DNA from: a virus
Lineage: Duplodnaviria > Caudoviricetes
IMG/VR virus record: IMGVR_UViG_3300020465_000013
Span: 1,904-65,903 of that record
Length of the DNA stretch: 64,000 bases
Strand: one strand, 5' to 3'
How positions within the stretch are numbered: the first letter of the stretch is position 1; every line of letters begins with the position of its first letter. The notes below the pieces were generated by a model. It was not told the DNA's origin and did no database searches. It saw only the letters and a program-made list of their open reading frames with translations. This document shows, one piece after another, positions 57,365-64,000 of this stretch. The translations under genes and the position numbers were made by a program.

Positions 57365-57596
57365 TTTCTTTGCGTTCCTCCTCGAAGAAATGTTCTAAGG
57401 CAGGATCTCCTATGCAATTTTGAATGTTATAGGAGTCCAAAGTATAAGGAGGTGGATAGTCGCTTTTGATAGGCCAGTCCACCTCTTTGTCGACATAAGA
57501 GATAGTAATCTCTTCTGGTAATGGCTCAATAGAACTGTCTGCAATCTTCCCATCCTTAATAGTGAGAATGATTTTGTAGTCTTGCATCGTATTCAA
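57345..57596 (-). CDS. Hypothetical protein
   Basis: Early-region ORF. Confidence 0.45.
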   Translation of the reverse strand: MNTMQDYKIILTIKDGKIADSSIEPLPEEITISYVDKEVDWPIKSDYPPPYTLDSYNIQNCIGDPALEHFFEEERKENEEEQR

Positions 57597-57618
57597 TACC
57601 TATTGAGACATATATTAG

Positions 57619-58278
57619 TTATGTATCAGTCTCTTGACTGAATTGTTCTTGCCTTCTGATTTGGCCATTAGCGATAAAGTCTTTACCACTGTTAATAGCA
57701 CAGGAGACAACGGATCTTTGTATATGGTCGACTGTAAATGCAGGCTTGCATCCTAAGCGTTTAGCAGCATAAAGCATGCCATCGCATAGCTGTTCGATCA
57801 TGTACTGAAAGTCTGGGTCCAACTGTCTAGAAGAGTCAGTGGAATTGACACCATTTGTTCCGTAGTTGTCGGAGTAACCTTCAAATCCAGCGTCTTGCCA
57901 GTTTGTTTCAATGAGCGTAGAGTCGTCTTCCATTTTCGTGTTGCTTGTTTGTTGCTCGTCGCTAAAAATGAGTACGTCGACTCCGAGGTCACGGTTATAT
58001 TCGATTCTTGTTGTGTAAGTGTTTCCTTCGATTGGAGTTCCATTTGTACTGAATGGCTCTCCTTTCTTGAATAACTCATTGATTCTTGCTCGTGCTGATG
58101 CAGGGAAGGAGACTGTCGCATTGACAGGTGCTCCGTTTCTTCCTCTGACGAGATAGTCGAATCTAACGAACCAATATCCTGCGTGTGCAGGCTTTGATTT
58201 GACGCAGGCTGTTGGGATGCCTGTGAATTTGTGAAAGGATTTGTAAGGTGACTTGGTTTTCGTAGGGGTGGTAACCAT
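57619..58278 (-). CDS. Hypothetical protein
   Basis: 219 aa with globular composition. Confidence 0.55.
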   Translation of the reverse strand: MVTTPTKTKSPYKSFHKFTGIPTACVKSKPAHAGYWFVRFDYLVRGRNGAPVNATVSFPASARARINELFKKGEPFSTNGTPIEGNTYTTRIEYNRDLGVDVLIFSDEQQTSNTKMEDDSTLIETNWQDAGFEGYSDNYGTNGVNSTDSSRQLDPDFQYMIEQLCDGMLYAAKRLGCKPAFTVDHIQRSVVSCAINSGKDFIANGQIRRQEQFSQETDT

Positions 58279-58481
58279 TTGACTGAATAGGTAGGTGGAA
58301 TGAAATTAATAACGATAGCTTCTATGTCTCGAAGACAGAAGACAATAGAGTCTCCTTGCCTGGAGGAGTTACCTCCGACAAATACATCAGTCCATAGGAA
58401 AGCTAATGCTTCTTGCGTAACAGGAGTTAGGAAAACTTCACTCGCTCCTTTACGTGTTGAGACTAAGAAGTCATGCGTCAT
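57798..58481 (-). CDS. Hypothetical protein with long C-terminal overlap
   Basis: ATGA-coupled start; first about 68 aa are non-overlapping. Confidence 0.45.
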   Translation of the reverse strand: MTHDFLVSTRKGASEVFLTPVTQEALAFLWTDVFVGGNSSRQGDSIVFCLRDIEAIVINFIPPTYSVKWLPPLRKPSHLTNPFTNSQASQQPASNQSLHTQDIGSLDSTISSEEETEHLSMRQSPSLHQHEQESMSYSRKESHSVQMELQSKETLTQQESNITVTSESTYSFLATSNKQATRKWKTTLRSLKQTGKTLDLKVTPTTTEQMVSIPLTLLDSWTQTFST

Positions 58482-59140
58482 TCGAATCTATAAGCTCGAT
58501 GACTACGCATCTTAACTCCTTGAAATTGAACTCCATGTTTGAGATGGTTCTTGATCATAGATTTCTTAATAGAAACAGATACTTCTTTACAATCAAGAGG
58601 TATTTCTTCCCAATCGATATTGTCGTAGTCGACATCAACGACATTGGAAACCATCTTGGACTTCATCTCGAAGTTTGGAAAGCTGTATTTAGTTTCGTTC
58701 GGATGTAAGACGCTCATAACATCTAAAATCCTTTCTTCTATTTGATCAGCTTTGTGTTGAGCTTCAGAAGCTAAAGCATTTAGTCTTTTGACTTCTTGCT
58801 TACGTACTTGAACCAAAGAGAGATATTTCTGTCTGAGGTGAAGGATGCGATCAGCTTCTTGTTCGAACTGTTCAGACTTACTTAAATACTCCTGAATGCC
58901 CTGATATAATTCATCTCTTTCTTCGTCTGTTTCTACATCTGCAAGTGAATCTATTAAGATCTCAATCGGACTTAAAGATCCTTTGCTTTGAATGTCGAGG
59001 TCGAAGGATGAAATCTGGGACTTTAGTTGGGTGGAGATCCCCTTCGCAGAGGTCACCGGAGTAGAGGGCAAGGCAGTAGTTACCTGCGTCTTCTTTTGTG
59101 TCGAAGCTTTCGACCCATCTGAGGTTGGTTTTGTGGTCAT
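58478..59140 (-). CDS. Siphovirus Gp157-like protein
   Basis: Coiled coil KQEVKRL..L...ADQIE; C-terminal IKK..IK..LK.G....GV. Confidence 0.7.
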   Translation of the reverse strand: MTTKPTSDGSKASTQKKTQVTTALPSTPVTSAKGISTQLKSQISSFDLDIQSKGSLSPIEILIDSLADVETDEERDELYQGIQEYLSKSEQFEQEADRILHLRQKYLSLVQVRKQEVKRLNALASEAQHKADQIEERILDVMSVLHPNETKYSFPNFEMKSKMVSNVVDVDYDNIDWEEIPLDCKEVSVSIKKSMIKNHLKHGVQFQGVKMRSHRAYRFE

Positions 59141-59487
59141 GAATTTGAATCCTTTTGAAATTGTCTCGATAAGGTGTGGCTGTGTATCTATCCATGGGTT
59201 CTACCGAGTCTTGAGGTAAGTAGGCAGACCAATGAACGTACACGTCTTGCTTTGGTTTGTGGAATACCTTGAAGGGATTTATGTGAATTTTCAATCGCTT
59301 CAAGAAGTTGGTAAATTCCGTCATTGCGGCAAGTGACTTTAGAAGCAGTACCATGTACAAGCATTTCTAATTAGTAGATAATTAGATGATGCCGAATAAA
59401 ACAAGTTTTGGGTAGTCCTGGTCTTAAGCTTTAGCCAGATAAGCGGAACAGACCATCCATAGCTAAAGCTGCCAGGACTGTTACTTG

Positions 59488-59904
59488 TTACACAGCAGCA
59501 GGTGCTTGCTTCTTGGCAGTATTGTTCTTAGCAATGGCAGCATTGTCAGCGGCTGACTGTTGAACCATCTTTGCTATGTACTCGCCAGAGATTGTCCAGC
59601 CTTGGTAGATCCTGCTTTCGTAGGTCTGACCTGTAGTCGGACATGTGAAGTCTTCCCCTTCAGCAACTGGACATGACATCAATTCAGCGACAGAAGTCTT
59701 TTTGATGATGTCAGCACAATCTTCGTAGGAAGTTTTAAATACTTTTGGGATACCTTCGTTACGACCAGAAAGCCTATTGAGCTCCCATACGTTGACGGTG
59801 GCTCCGCCTTCTCTATATCGGTAGTAAGAGATGAGTCCTCCGAAGAATTCCGCGAATGCAGGTGCTTCTTTGGTGTAGAACTTGGGTTTTGGTTTTGAGT
59901 TCAT
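59488..59904 (-). CDS. Hypothetical protein
   Basis: Start at MNSKPKP, downstream of motif copy 3. Confidence 0.55.
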   Translation of the reverse strand: MNSKPKPKFYTKEAPAFAEFFGGLISYYRYREGGATVNVWELNRLSGRNEGIPKVFKTSYEDCADIIKKTSVAELMSCPVAEGEDFTCPTTGQTYESRIYQGWTISGEYIAKMVQQSAADNAAIAKNNTAKKQAPAAV

Positions 59905-59946
59905 TGAGATTGTGAACGTGAACAACCCCCATCATCAACACAAAAA

Positions 59947-59959
59947 GTACTGATGAAAA
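59947..59959 (-). promoter_or_regulatory. TTTTCATCAGTAC element, copy 3 (head of a divergent block)
   Basis: Exact 13-mer. Confidence 0.75.
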
Positions 59960-60022
59960 AGGTCAAATAAGAAAATGAAACAACGTTAAACTATAGAGAG
60001 TACGGTTGTTTCATTAGTAAGA

Positions 60023-60751
60023 ATGAGAAGACAGTTAAGAGATCTAGAGGCCGCGATTATAAATCAGGCTCGAACTCGATCTCAACAAGCTAAAAAAGGT
60101 CAGGTAGACGAAATTACCGAGGCTTACAAGAGAAAGCTTGGCGTCACGGGTGAAGGTGAGATGACCAACGAGAATGTATATAAGGTTGCAGCCGATACAT
60201 TAGGAATAGATGTTGAGGACTTAAAAGCGCGTGTCCAGGCAGATGGAGCAGAGAATATAGCTAGAGATGTAGCAGAGAGGACTCAAGATCCTAGGAATTT
60301 TAATTTCGGCACCAGATATAAAGGTGTTGAAGCAGATATTAATGATCAAATAGCTCAAAACATTTGGATGAGGAGAGCTATTGCTCCTGCTGCTGCTGCT
60401 AGTGGTGCAGGTGCTGCTGGTGTTGCAGTTATGAATTGGATTGACCCTGAAAGAGGAATGTCGATCAGTACTGGGATGAATCCAGAAATGCAAACTATTA
60501 CAGCTTTAAATGAATTTTTGAATGACAGTACACCTATTAAGAGAGAAACTCAGGCACTACCTGGGGTAGGTACACCAGTACAAGCCACTGCTAAGCAAAA
60601 TTTATCGTGGCATCAAAAGCCTTATAGCGAAAGGAATGCTATAGAGAAAGCTCAGACGATGGCACGTAACTTAGTACTTGGATTGAATCCTGTCGTAGCG
60701 GCAACGGTTGCCACCACTACCGACATATGGGATAAAGATCGTTACTCATGA
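60023..60751 (+). CDS. Hypothetical protein
   Basis: 242-aa plus-strand ORF inside the early region. Confidence 0.55.
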   Translation: MRRQLRDLEAAIINQARTRSQQAKKGQVDEITEAYKRKLGVTGEGEMTNENVYKVAADTLGIDVEDLKARVQADGAENIARDVAERTQDPRNFNFGTRYKGVEADINDQIAQNIWMRRAIAPAAAASGAGAAGVAVMNWIDPERGMSISTGMNPEMQTITALNEFLNDSTPIKRETQALPGVGTPVQATAKQNLSWHQKPYSERNAIEKAQTMARNLVLGLNPVVAATVATTTDIWDKDRYS

Positions 60752-60978
60752 GATTAGCTGGCGACCTATTTGATTTTGATCTGACTGAGGGTTTACCTGC
60801 AGGTAATATTGACAGTCTGAGGCGTGGTTTCAGGGCTGACAAGATGATACCTAAGTCTTTGACTCGTGGTTTCTACAATCTTGGAGATATCAAGAGAAAT
60901 GAAATGGCTCCTGAAAACAGTGAGCCTGAATACACATTGACAGGTGCTTACCAACCTGAGGTTACTTATGGGCTTTAA
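60748..60978 (+). CDS. Hypothetical protein
   Basis: ATGA coupling. Confidence 0.5.
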   Translation: MRLAGDLFDFDLTEGLPAGNIDSLRRGFRADKMIPKSLTRGFYNLGDIKRNEMAPENSEPEYTLTGAYQPEVTYGL

Positions 60979-61573
60979 GCTTTTCTCCGTAGTAATTAAG
61001 GTTAATAACTGACCTATATGGTTGGTCGGTGCATGCTACACCTCTGTGTTGGTATTTGTTGGAGAAGATAATAACTCTATTAGCAACAGTATCTATCTTC
61101 TGCTCAAAGTTATCTAGGTCTGGGTGAAGAATACTTGTCCATCCGTTACATGTTGTTAAATGAAGTATGGCAACAGTGCAATTATCTCCATATACCTCAG
61201 GTGGATTTGCGTCATGGTGGTAGGGAGCATGTATATGCTGTTCTTTGGCAACATTAAGGTTGACCTTCAGCCTGACAGGCACTCTTGCCTTAAGATTTTG
61301 AAATAATGGAATAAATCGTGGAAAATTGTCAGATATAAAGTAAGTCGGTGAGAATGATATGTGGGTTGCAACAAACTGTATATTGGCATCAGGTGGTAAG
61401 TCTTTGAAATGATCAATATATCTCTGCGTTTCTTCGTCTGGCATATTAGGAGCTCCGAAACCAGCTAGGGAACTTAAACCCCACGGTTGGGAAACTTCTA
61501 TCCATTCTTTCAGTTGATCGAAGTATTCCTGACTGCAGAAGTTATCAATAATTTGGACGTCTTCTAATGCCAT
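60962..61573 (-). CDS. 2OG-Fe(II) oxygenase-like protein
   Basis: IIDNF, RLKVNL, YHHD, TCNG.T, NR.IIF....HRG..CTD...R.VINLNY. Confidence 0.8.
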   Translation of the reverse strand: MALEDVQIIDNFCSQEYFDQLKEWIEVSQPWGLSSLAGFGAPNMPDEETQRYIDHFKDLPPDANIQFVATHISFSPTYFISDNFPRFIPLFQNLKARVPVRLKVNLNVAKEQHIHAPYHHDANPPEVYGDNCTVAILHLTTCNGWTSILHPDLDNFEQKIDTVANRVIIFSNKYQHRGVACTDQPYRSVINLNYYGEKLKAHK

Positions 61574-61650
61574 TAGTAATTTTGATAGACATAGTTAACA
61601 ATAAGGTAAACGCTAGCAATAATGATTGCCAGTAATAAGAGGTGAGTCAT
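61573..61650 (-). CDS. 25-aa single-TM peptide (not in ORF track)
   Basis: MTHLLLLAIIIASVYLIVNYVYQNY; starts 2 nt after a degenerate motif copy; stop overlaps the next ATG. Confidence 0.55.
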   Translation of the reverse strand: MTHLLLLAIIIASVYLIVNYVYQNY

Positions 61651-61652
61651 GG

Positions 61653-61702
61653 GTGCTGATGTAAGAGAGAAAAAAAGCCCTAACAGTTAGAGCTATTAGG
61701 GC
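61653..61702 (-). promoter_or_regulatory. Degenerate element copy (hairpin/T7/CTTACATCAGCAC)
   Basis: GCCCTAA..TTAGGGC hairpin, T-run, then the motif variant. Confidence 0.6.
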
Positions 61703-61708
61703 AATATA

Positions 61709-62080
61709 TTAGTCCTTGTTTGGGTAGAAGTTGGGGTACTTCTTCTTGCTTATAACGTGATTGTTTATATTACGAGGCACACCTCGCTTATCACGGTAGA
61801 CGCAAATTTCACCATCGTAAAACTCAGCTAGAAATTGAGCTAGTTCTAGTGGTACGTTCCTCATTGCAAAGAGGAGTTTGACTATAAGAGGGATAATTGG
61901 TCGAGAGGCTGCATTAATAAAACGAGCAAGAAGGTCAAGGATGTTCTTTGCCTTCCGATAGGTTTTCATTGCGAATTCGGAAAGTCTTGCCATAAGATTA
62001 ACGCGGTTTGACTCATTTAGCTCTTCATAGTCAATGTCAAGGACTTCTCCAGGGACTTCGGTAGTCAGGATGGAGTTCAT
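61709..62080 (-). CDS. Hypothetical cassette gene
   Basis: Start at MNSILT, 4 nt after the motif. Confidence 0.6.
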   Translation of the reverse strand: MNSILTTEVPGEVLDIDYEELNESNRVNLMARLSEFAMKTYRKAKNILDLLARFINAASRPIIPLIVKLLFAMRNVPLELAQFLAEFYDGEICVYRDKRGVPRNINNHVISKKKYPNFYPNKD

Positions 62081-62084
62081 AAAA

Positions 62085-62130
62085 GTACTGATGAAAAGGT
62101 ACAAAAAAGCCCCACCTCAAGGGCAGGGCT
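62085..62130 (-). promoter_or_regulatory. Hairpin/T-run/TTTTCATCAGTAC element, copy 4
   Basis: 29-mer identical to copies 5 and 6. Confidence 0.8.
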
Positions 62131-62135
62131 GGGAT

Positions 62136-62312
62136 TTAGATGTGAGATTCATCAAGAGTGTCATCAAAGAGAAGTTGATCGGCTGCGTAGCCTACTCTGT
62201 CTGGAATCTCTTCCTCCTCGTAAAGACTGTTAGTTAGGTGAGTGCCTATCCATTCAGTCTTATCAGGGTTGATCTTCTTAGGAAGACCTTCGAAGCCACG
62301 TCGGTCACTCAT
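62136..62312 (-). CDS. Small acidic protein (58 aa, not in ORF track)
   Basis: MSDRRGFEGLPKK...DESHI; TAATG coupling. Confidence 0.6.
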   Translation of the reverse strand: MSDRRGFEGLPKKINPDKTEWIGTHLTNSLYEEEEIPDRVGYAADQLLFDDTLDESHI

Positions 62313-62611
62313 TAGTTTTCCTCGTTGAGATCTGAGTATTCTGACATAGCCTTCTCCTCTTTGGACTCGAGTGCAGCCTGACGCTTTGCATAATCAACAA
62401 GTTGCATCTTGCTTTGATCGTGAGACCATTTCAAGATGTCATATCTATGGTTGATCTTTTCGAGTAGAGTCTTGTGAATTCTCTCTAGGCCGGGCTTGTT
62501 GAAGAGGTGCATAGCATCAATAAGAGCTAGTGCCTCCTTAACAGTGATCCATCCTAGATCAATATCAAGATCTTCTACTTTGGGTTCAGGCTGATCGTAC
62601 TTAGATAGCAT
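62312..62611 (-). CDS. Hypothetical cassette gene
   Basis: ATG 3 nt after the motif. Confidence 0.6.
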   Translation of the reverse strand: MLSKYDQPEPKVEDLDIDLGWITVKEALALIDAMHLFNKPGLERIHKTLLEKINHRYDILKWSHDQSKMQLVDYAKRQAALESKEEKAMSEYSDLNEEN

Positions 62612-62614
62612 GTC

Positions 62615-62671
62615 GTACTGATGAAAAGGTACAAAAAAGCCCCATCCAGCATGTGAAAGCTAGACAGGGCT
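62615..62671 (-). promoter_or_regulatory. Hairpin/T-run/TTTTCATCAGTAC element, copy 5
   Basis: 13-bp hairpin plus the 29-mer. Confidence 0.8.
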
Positions 62672-62677
62672 GTTGGG

Positions 62678-63262
62678 TTAGAAGTCAGCAATAGCAGTAT
62701 TCTCTTTAGGAGCGCTAGTCAAGACATCGAAGGCAAAAACCTTCTTGCTTGGGTTGTAGCGCAGAGTTTTCTCTTTCTGACCAGTAGGTTGACTATTGTC
62801 ATCCAAGATGTCTCTTAGTTCAATGTCTTCCTTCTTTGAGTACCATTCCCAGTAGAGTCTTACAACTGCATATTCAGTCGTGTCAACCAATTCCATGATT
62901 TGGTCTCCTACTGGGTTTGGCTCTGCCTCTGTGCCATTATTCCAGAAGTCAAACCAGGTCTCCCTGACTTTAACTTTCTGGTAATTGCCGTCACCCATGA
63001 AGATGTCGACTGACTCTCTTACAGGAGCAACAAAGAGGTTGGGAGAGATAACTGTGCCATCCTTCCTAGTACCAGGTTTTGCATAATTGATTAGACCAAC
63101 CGTAGTAAAGTCTGCTCTCTGCTTACGGATCTCTAGCTTGGAAAGGGTTGGAGACTGAACAGCTAATAGCTCTTCATAATTGTCAGCAACCTCATTCTTT
63201 GTGCCAGATGCAATCCTTTGCTTAGGAGTCATTTCTGCAAAAGTGGTAGAAGCGTTAGCCAT
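62678..63262 (-). CDS. Hypothetical cassette gene
   Basis: Start at MANAST after motif copy 6; the longer ORF-track N-terminus reads through the element. Confidence 0.6.
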   Translation of the reverse strand: MANASTTFAEMTPKQRIASGTKNEVADNYEELLAVQSPTLSKLEIRKQRADFTTVGLINYAKPGTRKDGTVISPNLFVAPVRESVDIFMGDGNYQKVKVRETWFDFWNNGTEAEPNPVGDQIMELVDTTEYAVVRLYWEWYSKKEDIELRDILDDNSQPTGQKEKTLRYNPSKKVFAFDVLTSAPKENTAIADF

Positions 63263-63279
63263 AGTACGCAGCACTAAAA

Positions 63280-63332
63280 GTACTGATGAAAAGGTACAAA
63301 AAAGCCCCCACTCAGAGAAGTTGAGCAGGGGC
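63280..63332 (-). promoter_or_regulatory. Hairpin/T-run/TTTTCATCAGTAC element, copy 6
   Basis: 11-bp hairpin plus the 29-mer. Confidence 0.8.
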
Positions 63333-63338
63333 GTCGGG

Positions 63339-63515
63339 TTAGTCAGTCCAGAAATCGAAGCTACTATGCCAACCTTCAGCTGAAATATGTCTAAAGGCAT
63401 CGACACGAGCGTGGGCTCTTTGGGCTGACCCGTCTTCTAAGTATGAAAGCAACGCTGCACGTATAGAATCTTGTGCGGTGGCAGGCCGACCTTCATTCAA
63501 AAAACTAGAAGCCAT
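63339..63515 (-). CDS. Small cassette gene (58 aa, not in ORF track)
   Basis: MASSFLNEGRPATAQ...SFDFWTD; fills the space between two elements. Confidence 0.65.
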   Translation of the reverse strand: MASSFLNEGRPATAQDSIRAALLSYLEDGSAQRAHARVDAFRHISAEGWHSSFDFWTD

Positions 63516-63537
63516 GGTGGTGAGCAGTACCTAAAAC

Positions 63538-63591
63538 GTACTGATGAAAATGGACAAAAAACCCCCACTCATACAAAAGATGAGCAGGGGT
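63538..63591 (-). promoter_or_regulatory. Hairpin/T-run/TTTTCATCAGTAC element, copy 7
   Basis: 12-bp hairpin, T-run and exact 13-mer. Confidence 0.8.
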
Positions 63592-63597
63592 GTTGGG

Positions 63598-63846
63598 TTA
63601 GAAGGGGCAGTTTGGATCTGCTACCATCGCATCCAAGGCGTCGTTTTCTATTCTCGTTAGGTTGTCATCAATAGTCTTCTTGAGCGTGATCAATTGTTTC
63701 TGCGTAAGAACTTGGCTATGCCCGTGTTCTAGCAAATCCATGATCTTCTCAAAGTAAGACAGACCGACCTCAGTCCTAGAAGGAGGCTGTGGGGTGGCCT
63801 TGAATACTGCGTAAGGAGAAGAAACCGGCTGAGCGCTTTGTGTCAT
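63598..63846 (-). CDS. Hypothetical cassette gene
   Basis: Start at MTQSAQ after motif copy 8. Confidence 0.6.
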   Translation of the reverse strand: MTQSAQPVSSPYAVFKATPQPPSRTEVGLSYFEKIMDLLEHGHSQVLTQKQLITLKKTIDDNLTRIENDALDAMVADPNCPF

Positions 63847-63854
63847 CGTTCGAA

Positions 63855-63898
63855 GTACGGATGAAAAGGAACAAAAAAACCTCACCTAGCGGCGAGGT
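63855..63898 (-). promoter_or_regulatory. Hairpin/T-run/TTTTCATCCGTAC element, copy 8
   Basis: ACCTCGCC-gcta-GGTGAGGT, T-run, and a one-mismatch motif. Confidence 0.75.
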
Positions 63899-64000
63899 AG
63901 CGCAAAGTAGTACGGGACTACTACATGAAGATAGGAGCTAAAGGATTGAAGAATCTAGTGACAGACTGACCAACCCAGTACCAACGGATGACGGTGCCTA

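Noticed and set aside
62615-62680. Hammerhead ribozyme or C/D box suggested by CTGATGA
   Set aside because: No stem II followed by GAAA in the correct geometry; the sequence is antisense to the genes, and the wobble pairs favour the other strand.
63263-63406. Shared N-terminal peptides in the ORF track (FISTFM, FSSVL)
   Set aside because: Artefacts of reading through the conserved DNA element; real starts are the ATGs after the motif.
62615-63600. Integron attC sites (TAAC after stop codons)
   Set aside because: No matching GTTRRRY end or attC-style extrahelical bases, no integrase, and the hairpins look like RNA terminators.
62085-63867. CRISPR array reading of the 29-nt repeats
   Set aside because: Spacing is 250-670 nt and irregular, the intervals are whole genes, and no cas genes were seen.

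Overview
The window is 64 kb of a tailed dsDNA cyanophage genome, probably infecting Prochlorococcus or marine Synechococcus. All family calls come from motifs read by eye, not database searches. Left (1-16.6 kb): virion module with an N4-gp56-like major capsid protein, head-completion candidates, a DUF4214-repeat protein, and tail fibres with CBM5/12-like and Gly-rich repeats; two divergent LAGLIDADG-fold genes sit head-to-head with the capsid gene. Middle: accessory and host-derived genes, including nine 2OG-Fe(II) oxygenases across the window, a flavin halogenase-like gene, psbN, nblA-like, four tandem hli genes, dCMP deaminase and tRNA-Pro(GGG). The replication module has a VirE primase-helicase with an adjacent origin candidate, an exonuclease, SSBs and a clamp-like protein. 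Right (48.6-64 kb): mostly minus-strand small early-type genes plus dps. No terminase, portal, DNA polymerase or integrase was recognised. Most notable: (1) a nine-copy TTTTCATCAGTAC element, usually behind a hairpin and T-run, that partitions the early genes into cassettes; (2) a ~236-nt densely paired intergenic RNA candidate; (3) an NtcA box, glutamine-II riboswitch and DUF4278 peptide unit; (4) a C5 methyltransferase with a nested second-frame subunit; (5) several apparently catalytically dead enzyme homologues.
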